Below, piece after piece: positions 23,501-33,164 of a DNA stretch of 64,000 nucleotides. The stretch lies in NCBI GenBank assembly GCA_034520965.1, contig JAXHMY010000001.1, positions 384,001 to 448,000 of the forward strand, read 5' to 3'. The notes below the pieces were generated by a model. The model was not told the origin of the DNA, did no database searches, and was given only the letters and a program-made list of their open reading frames with translations. Both the position numbers and the translations under genes were made by a program. The stretch's first letter is position 1, and each line of letters opens with the position of its first letter. The DNA comes from Spirochaetia bacterium (GTDB lineage Bacteria; Spirochaetota; Spirochaetia; DSM-16054; Sediminispirochaetaceae).

Positions 23501-23840
23501 TGGTGGTCATATCTTTTAATTCTGATAAGGCTTTATCATATTCACCAATCCGCTTATTTATCTGCTGTATCGAAGCAGCCCGATTCTCAAGCTCATCCTC
23601 GGCTGTTTTGATCCGCTTGAGTATTTCTTTACCGGTTTTTTGGTGTACGTCCAGTTCTATCCCTAAATTCTTTACTTCTGAAGTTTTATTTTCGACAAAC
23701 CCATCCAGTTCTTCCTTTATTTTTTCAGAGTAGCGCTTTATCTTGGTAAGTGAACGGTTGTTTTTGTCAAGCTGACGATATACTGATAGAATAACCAGTA
23801 CAATTAAAAGCGTTAAAATATTTCCCAAAGAGAATAGCAT
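20508..23840 (-). CDS. Giant N-anchored coiled-coil protein (SpiroCoCo-like)
   Basis: N-terminal TM then YRQLDKNNRSL; about 1000 aa of heptad-rich Q/E/K sequence; C-terminal GWSIDEIVRATKLSKGEVELILE HTH-like end. Confidence 0.8.
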   Translation of the reverse strand: MLFSLGNILTLLIVLVILSVYRQLDKNNRSLTKIKRYSEKIKEELDGFVENKTSEVKNLGIELDVHQKTGKEILKRIKTAEDELENRAASIQQINKRIGEYDKALSELKDMTTKVDENLQRLHNESEFVDKVGRQLSGTQERIQHLEKRLPAITEEFNSLNQKTLKQSAQKAFAYSKQLAENLDEKIQSDEERLSELNGHMDELDTRREQFAREAFEQIQNELDEKVYQAEQSGERLQEQLAQQLSETKDSIKAQGDEMLEQIEHELRTLNGNVEDVEQTIQEKISAFHERVSGIEQKYQNSLQQAAERGVALEHEAFSKLKEHINSTVEETEQNFQQRAESLHQKYTQQYSQFEQQFQELSESLNRKYADLNSETDSTDSHVRQKLDAMDNKIRDYEEQMNYRFAKMEEATQDIDSLDKNLRQAMDRVTTRIRGEFQEFEKQLEQEREEQRLKAQTDIQAVHDALAEVENQLSELKDEAAKNVSTRLEEFESAFYKDLEGRSEKLDERFEEWKLQIENRLSEITGEQDNQRQRVEEEYSDTLRDRLSELQNRVYTQQEKFENQVQSFQDRIQERMDHTSQQLEGLEGDLKGEIETAKQQSQAAFQKEFTDYQSAKEAQLKRSERELENALSELETGVNERRTAIDSTVESTESELNVWRTQIEQQIQSADEDIRTRYENIRKEIDDTVSVLKGEFESQRDELILQSQDERTRLKNELKEISDRVLELEGELQRKTDAAFDSFNREYENFMLEIQKKNREFQLDMDKKIKDFRSISQDTKEKTEQMQKKLFGKIEEGYTNLQVNLQEIDKRQKNFTAQTKIFDRADSLKDTLQENIEDLKGEITRVQGLSGEIRETEKKFMSIKKMGEEVGNKMNRFINEKQRIEEMEGDFKKLINISQTIDMKLEKVTDSHDTLQNIQATIRSLEELEQSVEQKYERLENRQKVIDSTIQQVDKNFQKIEDLDKNIDSLESRTAEMPQQLQDVGQRIVQLANNKEKVDQALEQMEQMDAILRDAEERTERMQKAREWLAKTETRLEEINSQAKEQVKLLGTLLKEGGQDAKRQEGAPSMGARDVVTRLAHQGWSIDEIVRATKLSKGEVELILEIIPRK

Positions 23841-24052
23841 GGTCCTAACTCCCAGTTTTACCTATGGCCACTTCAAAAATTGATTATTTTCAAAGCACCA
23901 GGGTATAATTTTTTAACTACTTATAAATAAAGAAATTAAAAACCATACCCCTCTATTATAGATTGTTCAATACTCACATTTCAAACAATCTTTCGCGTTA
24001 CCTGTAATTGTTACCCAGGAAACACAAGTTGTCAATTACATTAACAGCGATA

Positions 24053-24177
24053 CAGCGATTTAATTTGGAAGTCTTTTGACTTCCAAATTCGAATTCGCAT
24101 CAATTTCTTTGCAAATTTAGCATCTAAACCTTTGACACTTCATTTTGGAGTATACCACAATGATCCGAGAATCGCTG
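24053..24177. mobile_element. MITE-like element, copy A
   Basis: Ends cagcgatt / agaatcgctg are inverted; internal perfect 12-bp hairpin 24062-24089; core shared with copy B. Confidence 0.55.
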
Positions 24178-24195
24178 AGTTGTAGTTGTATCTGA

Positions 24196-24888
24196 TCACT
24201 TTTGCGCTGAAGAGCTTTGTACAAACTCATCTAAAATGCGGATACGCAACTCATTGAAGGAGGAGAAGATTATATCAGCCTGGGTATTTGAACTCGAACC
24301 ATCGTTAGCAAAAAGAGGTTTCAGCCAGGCCGTCCGTATTCCTGCCGCCGCTGCACCGATAACATCATACTTATATGAATTTCCAACGTATAATATCTCT
24401 TCCGGTGCTATCCCAAATTCTCGTATCATTTGCTGAAATGGTATCGGATTCGGTTTAAGATAACCAGTATCTTCTGAGGAAAAGCTAAAATCAAACAGAT
24501 CATCCAGCTTCAGGAATTTCAGTTTGTTCTTAATTGGAAAGTCCGAGAGCGCTCCCAAAAGAATCCCGTTCCGCTTAAGAGCCAGCAGTGTTTCACGCAC
24601 CTGGCGAAACGGGCTAATACAGCGAAAGGAGTGCTCCCATCGATGGTACAGATGCCGCTCCATCCTATCACGGGCACGCTCTTCAGAAATGCCCAGCTTA
24701 GTGGCCAGCAACTGGGCCTGCTTTTTATGCAGCGGCTCATCGTAATCAATTTGCCGCATATCTTTTCGCACCTGTCCAAAATAATACATTAAGCGGGGGG
24801 CGCTTAAAAAGGAAGGCAGGGAGCACAAAAACATCTGGTAATTGGGATAGAGTGTCCCATCTACGTCAAAACCTACCGCCTTTATCAT
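24196..24888 (-). CDS. HAD superfamily hydrolase
   Basis: GFDVDGTLY, LSD, KPNP, LYVGNSYKYDV. Confidence 0.9.
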   Translation of the reverse strand: MIKAVGFDVDGTLYPNYQMFLCSLPSFLSAPRLMYYFGQVRKDMRQIDYDEPLHKKQAQLLATKLGISEERARDRMERHLYHRWEHSFRCISPFRQVRETLLALKRNGILLGALSDFPIKNKLKFLKLDDLFDFSFSSEDTGYLKPNPIPFQQMIREFGIAPEEILYVGNSYKYDVIGAAAAGIRTAWLKPLFANDGSSSNTQADIIFSSFNELRIRILDEFVQSSSAQK

Positions 24889-24909
24889 TCAAGAAGCTCC
24901 TTACTATGC

Positions 24910-25047
24910 CAGCGATTCTGAATTCGAAGCTCTCGACTTCCAAATTCAGAATTCGCATCAATTTCTTTGCGAATTTTATATATCTCAACGTTTGGAGGCA
25001 TCTGATCTTGGATAGTGTAATTACACTATCCAAAATGAGAATAGCTG
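24910..25047. mobile_element. MITE-like element, copy B
   Basis: Ends cagcgattct / agaatagctg; gacttccaaattc(a)gaattcgcatcaatttctttgc shared with copy A; perfect 26-bp palindrome 25008-25033. Confidence 0.55.
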
Positions 25048-25075
25048 TTACTATGCGTGTAACCGCCGTATTGTA

Positions 25076-26111
25076 TCAATCTACGGCGCGGATGATGATT
25101 CGAGCTCCTCCTTTGACCGACTCAGCGTCCCGCGGAGCGTCGGAGAATTCCCATGTTTGAACCGCCCGCTCGACTTTCACATCTACCGGAATCCTACCGG
25201 AAGAGCGCTCTATTTGCAAGTCCATCGGCCTTCCGTTCGGTGGAAGAGTGAAGCTTACAACAACCTCTACCCTCCCCGGCAGCCCGGACAGCTCCTCTTG
25301 GCTCAGCTGCGGTAAGGAGTAGCGCTCCAGCTCTCGAGTCGAATTTTCACCCTCTAACGCATACACTACCTGTCCGCCCTCCTCCGTTCTGACGGTAGAT
25401 GTACCGGTAGCGGTTCCGTCGCCTCCCTCCACATCGCCATTCGCGGTCCCTTCCTCCGCCGCTTGTACCGACTCAAGCTCCTCCATCAATTCTTCGGAAA
25501 ACACCGATGGAGGGCCTTCTTGGGACTCCTCGGAAGGCCCTTCAGAATCCGGCCGGCGGCGCTCACTCTCCCTCGACTCTGTGGGCTCCTCTTCGGCATA
25601 AACTATACTCGAACCTTCAGTGCTCCCCTGCTGCTGTTCCGGGGCTACATTGCGGTCGGTACGACCTTCGAGAGATTGAGAAGCCGGGGGCTGCTCCGAC
25701 GAGGGTTCCCGGGGCGCACGCCTTCGTTCTGTATCCATTATTTCGCGACCTGAGGGAGTGGGAATGCTCCATTCCTCTTCAGCTGCCTGCTGACGCCGGG
25801 AGGGCTTCCTGCTGCTGCCGCGCGGCGCAGCCGCAGACTCTGCGGCGGGCGCTTCAGGCTCTGCAACCGGCTCCTGGGGCTCTTGCGGGGGCTACCTCGG
25901 GCTCGGGGCTCTTGGGCTCCGGCGGTTCAGCGGGCTGTGGTAAGGTTTCAGGTGGCACAGGCTCAAAGCGCACCGCTACCGGACCAAGCCGCTTCTCATC
26001 GGTTATATCTTGCCCTAGATCTACCAAACCCAGCATCAACACTATTATCCCGTGGATGATCAAGGCGGCGAGTATACTGATTATTTGTCTATCCCCTGTG
26101 GGCGTGCGCAT
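25076..26111 (-). CDS. TonB/TolA-like energy transducer; frameshifted in its Pro/Glu-rich linker
   Basis: N-terminal TM with His (AALIIHGII), P/E-rich linker, C-terminal GRVEVVVSFTLPPNG...IERSSG...DVKVERAVQTWEF. Confidence 0.8.
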
Positions 26112-26522
26112 CACTCCTCTTCTCGCATCCGTAAGTTGACTCCCTCAAATCCGTGCTGGCGAAGGGTATCGAGTACCCGGACCATCAAACTGTAGGAGAC
26201 ACTCTGATCTCCTTCAACTACGACGGTTTGGATTCTCCCGCAGCTCCTCCCGCTGAGAGAATTGCTGAAGGGCCTCCTCAAGGGTTTCTAAGCTATACTG
26301 CTCTTTGTTCAGGTAGATCTGATCCTCTTCGGCAATGGTAACCACTAGGCGGGTCATAACCGTAGGCTCGGCACTCGAGGCTTCCGGCAGAGTGAGGGAT
26401 ATGCCCGGGGTAAGGATAAAAGTACTGGATACCATGAAGAAGACAACCAGCTGAAACACTACATCAATGAGCGGTACTAAATCAACTGTGGCAGTCGGTT
26501 TTAAGCGCCGTTTGAATTGCAT
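26111..26522 (-). CDS. exbD: ExbD/TolR family protein; one indel near 26230
   Basis: DLVPLIDVVFQLVVFFMV; second frame IEGDQSVSYSLMVRVLD; TGA at 26111-26113 overlaps the tonB ATG. Confidence 0.88.
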
Positions 26523-26524
26523 GG

Positions 26525-27130
26525 CTATTCCTTCCCTAGTAGAACTACCAAATCATTTACACGGTTCTCTAAACGGATGATGATATGATTTACCTTATTC
26601 ACCAGGAAATTATAAAATGCAACGGTAGGAACAGACACGATTATACCCGCTGCGGTAGTCAGTAAGGCCTCTGAAATTCCGGTGGCTAACACTGCAGGAT
26701 CACCCACAGCTCCGCCAAAACTACCCAGTACCCCAAAGGCCTTTATGTTTCCGGTAACCGTTCCCAGCAGTCCTAGCAAGGGTGATATATGGGCGATAGT
26801 ACCCAAAGAGGTAAGATACCTCTCCAGGTGCGGAATTTCAAGATTAGCCGCACTCATTATAGAATCTTTTATCTCGCTTTGAGTGAAGCTGCGGTTCTCG
26901 ATACCCACCTTCATCAGATTTGAGATCGGTGAGGGATTATTCTCACAAATATTTATGGCCTCATCATAATGGTGTTTCTTTAAAGCCGATTTGAGACGGC
27001 TGATAAGATTCTCCTCATCAACCCGAATACGCCGGAAAAAGAGAAAGCGTTCAATTATTATTGCCGTTGCTACTACCGAAAGGAGCAGAATTATTATCAT
27101 AATAATTCCACCTTTTCCAATTAATTCCAT
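26525..27130 (-). CDS. exbB: ExbB/TolQ/MotA family proton channel
   Basis: LGTIAHISPLLGLLGTVTG, GISEALLTTAAGIIVSVP. Confidence 0.92.
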   Translation of the reverse strand: MELIGKGGIIMIIILLLSVVATAIIIERFLFFRRIRVDEENLISRLKSALKKHHYDEAINICENNPSPISNLMKVGIENRSFTQSEIKDSIMSAANLEIPHLERYLTSLGTIAHISPLLGLLGTVTGNIKAFGVLGSFGGAVGDPAVLATGISEALLTTAAGIIVSVPTVAFYNFLVNKVNHIIIRLENRVNDLVVLLGKE

Positions 27131-27192
27131 ATACTCACCCTTCCTTCTTTAATGCAGGATTATTATTAGTTATTGTTCAAGTCACGCACTTC

Positions 27193-28848
27193 TTACAGAG
27201 AAATCTCAGTTTTTAGGGTAACATTCAAACCACGCTGTTCATATTCACCCCACCATGGCCTTCCATCTTCATAAAAGGGAGCCAGTAAATCGTTCCCCTC
27301 CAGAACCAGGTTAATTCCCTTGGATAAAAGATAACTCATTTGAACCCGCATTTCAGGAAGCTCCCCAATTTCAAAATCCCCTTTGAAGGAAGTCTCAAAA
27401 CCTGAATTTCGGTTTGAATAGGTAAGCCCTCCCTGAATAAGATGTTCAGGACGCAGAGCTTCTAGTTCATCCATCAATTGTCCCTGCCACCCTGCTTCAA
27501 GGGTTATGTTCTCGCCTGAGTAGTAAGTCACTTGGGTTTCTACCCCTATCAGCTCCCGTTCGTCAATAGTAAAAGGGAACAGGCCTGAGTCCTGATTACG
27601 GGCATCAAGATCCTCCGGTACAATAACTCCCTGCAGTAGGTTCCAATCGGCACCTGCAGTCACCCGTAAGTCCGAGTTGGGAGTAAAGGCGAGGTGCGAG
27701 TACACCTGCCATCCGTGCTGCAGATTGTGGGTATCTGTAGTATCGAGCAAGGGGTACCTATTCCAGAGATCTCTATATAACAGCTGCTCAATACTGTACC
27801 CGCCCCCAAGGCGAAAAAGAAAATCTCCGGCTACCCCCTCCAGCTCAGCATTCCAGGGAAATAGAAAGCTGTTTTCCGTATCCCAGTGACTGCCTATCTG
27901 CCCTGTTATGTCAAAGCGGTCGAAATACAGCTTGGAGGTGAACTCCGCCCAGCCTTGCTGCAGCTGAACCCCGTGGGGTGCCTGTTGAAACCTATAGCCA
28001 CCGGAGAGTCCGGCATACCACCGATCGTTTTCAAACACACCGGTAGTAAGCGCTTCAAGGTACTGCTCTTCCGCTTCATCCTGCATTCCTATCAGCTGTG
28101 AGCCGCTATGGGCGGTAAGTTGGGTTGAAAGAGATATTGGCCATTCAAAATCCCGAGTGTAAGAACCGCTGCCGCGGATAAAGCGGTGGATAACCGAATT
28201 CGCTTCATTAAAATCCTGCAATCCGGTTTCAGTCTCGAAATAGCTTGCCCTCACGGCCCCGCTATTCCTTCCGCTTCCAAACTCTACTTTTCCGGACAGC
28301 TCCTCGCGGCGATCAAAATAACCGGTACCGGCGGCATTACTACCATAGCCGTCAATTCCTTCGTGGGAAAAACGAAACTGATAAAGCGGTATTTCGCCCC
28401 GTTTATAGAGGGCAATATCCCCTATCAAATGATTATCACTTCCGCCGCCAATTACCCCTTCGCTGAAAAAAGCTGCCTCTCTAGGAGCGGTATCCTCCGC
28501 ATACTGAGGCCTTGAAGGCATAAGATCCGGCGACGATACTTCCAGAGCTCCAGCCTCAGGCAGCAGTTCCTGGATTGTAGGAAGTGCAATAACATCTCCC
28601 TCCGGCAGATCCGGAGCAATGGGTCTCTGCTCGATTGCTGAATACTCCAGCACCACTGTCGGCAGTTCTACCTTAGGGTCTTCAGGAGCGGCCCTCTCTT
28701 CAGTGCGCGCTTCAGTACTCGCTTCTGTGCTCTCTTCAGTGCGCGGCTGCTGGGCAGACAACTCAGCTGCAAAAAAGAAACACAAAAGCCCGCCCATTAT
28801 CAAAAATAACGGTCGAACAGGATGTTTTGTAAAGTCGTATTCCCGCAT
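27193..28848 (-). CDS. Putative outer-membrane beta-barrel protein
   Basis: Signal peptide (ELSA-Q), Pro-rich linker, many G/aromatic amphipathic strands, C-terminal alternating strand LNVTLKTEISL. Confidence 0.6.
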   Translation of the reverse strand: MREYDFTKHPVRPLFLIMGGLLCFFFAAELSAQQPRTEESTEASTEARTEERAAPEDPKVELPTVVLEYSAIEQRPIAPDLPEGDVIALPTIQELLPEAGALEVSSPDLMPSRPQYAEDTAPREAAFFSEGVIGGGSDNHLIGDIALYKRGEIPLYQFRFSHEGIDGYGSNAAGTGYFDRREELSGKVEFGSGRNSGAVRASYFETETGLQDFNEANSVIHRFIRGSGSYTRDFEWPISLSTQLTAHSGSQLIGMQDEAEEQYLEALTTGVFENDRWYAGLSGGYRFQQAPHGVQLQQGWAEFTSKLYFDRFDITGQIGSHWDTENSFLFPWNAELEGVAGDFLFRLGGGYSIEQLLYRDLWNRYPLLDTTDTHNLQHGWQVYSHLAFTPNSDLRVTAGADWNLLQGVIVPEDLDARNQDSGLFPFTIDERELIGVETQVTYYSGENITLEAGWQGQLMDELEALRPEHLIQGGLTYSNRNSGFETSFKGDFEIGELPEMRVQMSYLLSKGINLVLEGNDLLAPFYEDGRPWWGEYEQRGLNVTLKTEISL

Positions 28849-31748
28849 CAATTACTCTCCTCCTGTTCTAATAAGCGCCTACCCTCAGATACCCATTGGG
28901 TATGGGGAAAATCGGTTTCCAGTTTTCTAACCATAGTACGAGCTCCCCTTTTATCACCAGCGGTGATGGCACTCCTGGCTGCCTTCAGAAGAGACCTGGC
29001 AACCAGATCATCATCACCGGAACCTAGTACCGCAGCTCGAGCATACGAGTCGGCAGCTTCCTCCGGTTCATTCTGTTTAGTGTAATACTCACCCATAAGA
29101 TAATAAGCCTCTGCCGCCGCCTCGGCATCTTGATTCTCATATTCCAACACACTGTTTAGGTAGTTAAAGGCTTGGTCGTTTTTTTCAGGATACTGGTAAA
29201 GGTACATCCGAGCAAGGTCAAGTGCAGCCTCACGCCCCTCGGCGGACGAAAGCCCCTCCTCTCCAACCCTTACCGACAGCTCAGCCTCCCGTTGCCCCTG
29301 GCCGCCGATAACCCTTTTAAGGGTTGCCACCTTTTGCCGGGCAGTTTCGGCATCCTTTTGTTCAGGAAAGGCGGAGATATAGCGGGAATAATAGGAAACG
29401 GCGCTCTGAAATTCTCCAAGCTCAGCATGCAGCTGGGCCAGTTCCAACAGAGTATCAGCATAAAAAGAACTGTCTTTATGCTCATCTACCAATTTTTCCC
29501 ACAGAAGAATAGCCCCGTAGGGTTCATCAGCCTTTAAGGCAGCCATCCCGCCCCAAAACAGGGACACATCAATCAAACTCCCCCCGGGGAAGCGAGACCG
29601 ATGCTCATAGTAGGCATCCCGTGCCTGCTCATACTCTTCCAGCTGATAGAAAATATCACCACGCCGATAGAGTGCTTCCTCACACAGGGGGCTGGTCGGA
29701 TAACGGTCCGATAAACGCTTATAGGTTTCTACCGCGTCCAGGGAACGGCCCAGCATATGCAGCAAGCCCGCTTGTTCATACATAGCATCGTCGGCAAATG
29801 CTGAATCCTCGTATTCTTTATAGATAGTTTGATACACCATTAGGGCATCTTCACTTTTTCCCAGGGCGGCGCTGCTTTTGGCATACATGAACAAGCCCTG
29901 CTCCTGGCTTGCCTGGGATATATCTTGACGACTATAGCGCCCAAAAAACTCTTGGGCCCGCATAAATTTGCCGTCCGCATACGCTGCCCATCCGGCCAGG
30001 TACTGCGCTTCCACAGCCTTCTGTTTTTCAGGATACTCCTCCACTAGTCTCCCAAACCATTCCAATGCTCTCGTGTAGTCCACCTGCTTATAATAAATCC
30101 AGCCGAGGTAAAAGTAGAAATCCGGAATTAAATCTTCCAACCCTGCCTTGCGCATTTGTTCACCCGACATTTCGCTAAGCACCTCACCGGAGGTTTGATA
30201 CTGACCTTGTTTCAGATAGGCTATTCCATCTATATACAGCAGTTTTAACTCTTCCCCGGAAGCTCCCTGGGGTAAACCCGGTTTTTCCGCCCTCAGATTA
30301 TCAACCAGCGAATACAGCTGTGAATAGTTTTCGAGCTGGAAGTACAGTTGGCCTAGATCCACCCGTACTTCCAGGTCTTCCGGATAGCGGGGCACATACT
30401 CTTGTAAATCATCAACTGCCGCTTCAAGTTGATTCAGCTCTGTATGCAGTCTCGAACGCAGCCGCAGCAGCTCTCGGTCATACCCTCCGGATTCCCCATT
30501 AGAAAAGCTATCCTGCACCACCGACAGTGCCGCCCGGTACTGTTCACTCCTGTACAGTGCATATGCGTATAGATAATTGACCTGACCTATATAATCGGAA
30601 TTGGGAAATTCCGACAGGAAAGTCTCCAACACATCGGCCGCCGTGTTCCACTGCTCCCGAGAGCTTTCGAGCCTTCCAAGTGCCAGCAAAAGCTCCTCAC
30701 GCCTATCTGTTGTTTGCTCGAGGTATTCACGCAGCAGCTCCACCGCACTATCGAGCTCTCCTTCCCGCTCCATTATGTGGGAAAGGTAAAGAGGTACCAA
30801 GCCGTCTACCTGCTCCGTGGGCAGGGTACGCTGTATCCTGCGTAGATAGCTGCGAGCCAGATCATAACTGCCGGCCTTATAGTGTTCTATACCGGCCCTT
30901 AGCAAAAATTCTGCCAGAAGCGCGGGACTCCCGGATAACTCCACTTGGGCTTCGTCGAATATTTCCTGCTGCAGCGAGGGCTGACCGGTTTCCTCATACA
31001 ACACATACAGCCGTTTATATGCAACAGTTTTCAAATCCTCGGAGGCTTTCAGGAGATCTCGATACAGGGGCTCTGCTTGTTCAAATTTCTTTTGCTGAAA
31101 GAGTGCTTCTGCGCGGTATAATCCCAGTTTCTGCTGAACCTCCGCATCAAACAGCTCGAGCTGCAGATCCTTGTAAATAGAAAAAAGTTCCTCATACCTC
31201 CCTGTCTCTACCAGCAGAGAGGTAAGCAATACTACCATTTGCTGATTCTGCACAGGCGAGTCATACATCTGATACAAATCCTTCACTGAACTCAAAGCCT
31301 TTTCATATTGCTCGAGACTTCGCTCGCAAAGTGCTTTATAATACAAAGCATCCCGCTGCAAACTTTGCGGATTTCCTTCTAAAAAATCTTCAAATTTGGT
31401 TTGAGCCTGTTCATACTGCTTTAAATTGTAAAGGTTATATCCCTGCCAAAAAGGTATGTACCGAAAATGTCGCGTACTCGAATACCGCTGTGCAACCCGC
31501 TGCAGCCGTTCGAGGGACGCACTGTACCGGCCTAAAAAAGCATAAATAACGGCCTCTCGGAACTTGGTATCCGGTATGTATTCAGAATCCGGATACTCTT
31601 CCATCAACTGGGTATAACGTGAAAGGGCAAACTGATAGTTTCCGCTTTCAAAACGCCGCTCAGCTTCGCGGTACAGTCGCTGCTCCTGGGCTGAAGCTAG
31701 AAAAGTACACACTACAAGAAACAACATAAAAATGGAGATCTTTTTCAT
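28848..31748 (-). CDS. Large exported TPR protein (about 966 aa)
   Basis: Signal peptide (ASA-Q); many repeats such as YPDSEYI, FPNSDYI, YPTSPLCEEALY; TGATG overlap with the barrel gene. Confidence 0.9.
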   Translation of the reverse strand: MKKISIFMLFLVVCTFLASAQEQRLYREAERRFESGNYQFALSRYTQLMEEYPDSEYIPDTKFREAVIYAFLGRYSASLERLQRVAQRYSSTRHFRYIPFWQGYNLYNLKQYEQAQTKFEDFLEGNPQSLQRDALYYKALCERSLEQYEKALSSVKDLYQMYDSPVQNQQMVVLLTSLLVETGRYEELFSIYKDLQLELFDAEVQQKLGLYRAEALFQQKKFEQAEPLYRDLLKASEDLKTVAYKRLYVLYEETGQPSLQQEIFDEAQVELSGSPALLAEFLLRAGIEHYKAGSYDLARSYLRRIQRTLPTEQVDGLVPLYLSHIMEREGELDSAVELLREYLEQTTDRREELLLALGRLESSREQWNTAADVLETFLSEFPNSDYIGQVNYLYAYALYRSEQYRAALSVVQDSFSNGESGGYDRELLRLRSRLHTELNQLEAAVDDLQEYVPRYPEDLEVRVDLGQLYFQLENYSQLYSLVDNLRAEKPGLPQGASGEELKLLYIDGIAYLKQGQYQTSGEVLSEMSGEQMRKAGLEDLIPDFYFYLGWIYYKQVDYTRALEWFGRLVEEYPEKQKAVEAQYLAGWAAYADGKFMRAQEFFGRYSRQDISQASQEQGLFMYAKSSAALGKSEDALMVYQTIYKEYEDSAFADDAMYEQAGLLHMLGRSLDAVETYKRLSDRYPTSPLCEEALYRRGDIFYQLEEYEQARDAYYEHRSRFPGGSLIDVSLFWGGMAALKADEPYGAILLWEKLVDEHKDSSFYADTLLELAQLHAELGEFQSAVSYYSRYISAFPEQKDAETARQKVATLKRVIGGQGQREAELSVRVGEEGLSSAEGREAALDLARMYLYQYPEKNDQAFNYLNSVLEYENQDAEAAAEAYYLMGEYYTKQNEPEEAADSYARAAVLGSGDDDLVARSLLKAARSAITAGDKRGARTMVRKLETDFPHTQWVSEGRRLLEQEESN

Positions 31749-31823
31749 ATCTTTCAAGATAATTCAGTTAAGCAGTATTTTCAATGAAATTAACGCTTGA
31801 GCACCGGTTCTAAACGCATATTT

Positions 31824-33164
31824 TCAGGTTTTAAAGACCCCTGTGTGCGGAATGCTCACCAGGTGAACATATTCCCCTTGATAACGGCGTATAAACGAGG
31901 CGGGTGAGGTCTCTTCATTGGTCTCCAGTATCTTCAATACCAGCCGACCTTCCTCCATCCAGCCAGGGGAAAAAAACCGCCACATGCAGATGTTTGCGCA
32001 ACTCATATTCTCCATGGGCCAGCACATTTACAGAGCCCAGGTAAAAATGGCCGGTATTCTCTTTAGCCAGCTCATACATAACAGTCTCAATGCTTGAGAC
32101 TGGATAACCGACATCCTCCACATACCTATGGTAGCGCAGAAAATTTACATCGGCTAATTCGGGATCGAATAAAGAACCCTCAAGCCCTGCCGCTCCCCGG
32201 GGCAGCAGATCCAAGGCCCGGTACGCCTCTACAGCTAAATTACGAGTCCAGTCAAGACCAAAATATGGATCTTCAATTTCCTTCAACCTTACGGCTCCAG
32301 CGATTCCCACGAAAATTAAGGATGCGGCCGTTTCAGAGCGTCAATAGACAACAGGCTATTGGTGTGAGGATAGAGTACCGAATCAACGACCCATTTCGCA
32401 AAGCCGGAACAGTTTAATCCGCCCTCCCCGTCTGCGGACTGCCGTCTTTGATGAATACAAATTCACCAAGGGAATTAATCGCCCCATCTTCCGCATCTCG
32501 CAGCTGTTTCAGATAAGGCCTCACTTGCTGGAAAAGGTCATCCACAGTAGTCAACTCCGGTAGTGCGAATTCAGCTTTCGGAATATAGAACTCCCAGTCA
32601 ATGTACCCCACCGTACGGCGCACAATCTCTGAGTAAGGGCGAGCGGGCGATCTTTTCTATCGACAGGCTTATCTTTACATCCGACTGTACCTTTTTATTT
32701 CTCAGAAAGACATCTATCCGACTGCGGTTCTCTCGGTCGGGAAAGATGCGCAAAAAGCTGCCGGCCTCGCTTTTATAGTAGATTTTTATCTGCTCAAGAC
32801 TTCCGTCTTCTGCCGATCTTCTAATAATATAGCTGCCGGCGACGGCATCACTAAACTCGATATTAGCTCCATGGTAAAAACAGAAATACACACTTCCGCT
32901 CTGTTCCTCCACAAAGAACTGGACAGGGACATCATACCCGGGTTGATTTTCCATCGTCTCTGGTAATTGTCGAGCATCTTCGATAGGTCCCAGAACCTGG
33001 TCAATCAACTGGGACCTTAGAAAGATATTCTCCGGAATTTCAGAAATGGCATGGGCAGCCGGGTCGGGCAAAGCCCAGCCAAGGGTGGAGATACAACTAA
33101 ACAAGATTAGCACACACAGTCTGTGCAGGTTGGATATGCTCATATACTCTTTATATCGACCCAT
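31824..33164 (-). CDS. Exported hypothetical protein with an NlpC/P60-like Cys motif; split by several indels
   Basis: Fragments 32598-33164, 32414-32623, 31915-32310 and 31824-32027; bridging frame reads GGLNCSGFAKWV; later HLHVAVF. Confidence 0.6.

Noticed and set aside
24053..25047. Integron cassette (attC) interpretation of the HAD-flanking repeats
   Set aside because: No RYYYAAC/GTTRRRY core pair and no integrase in the window.
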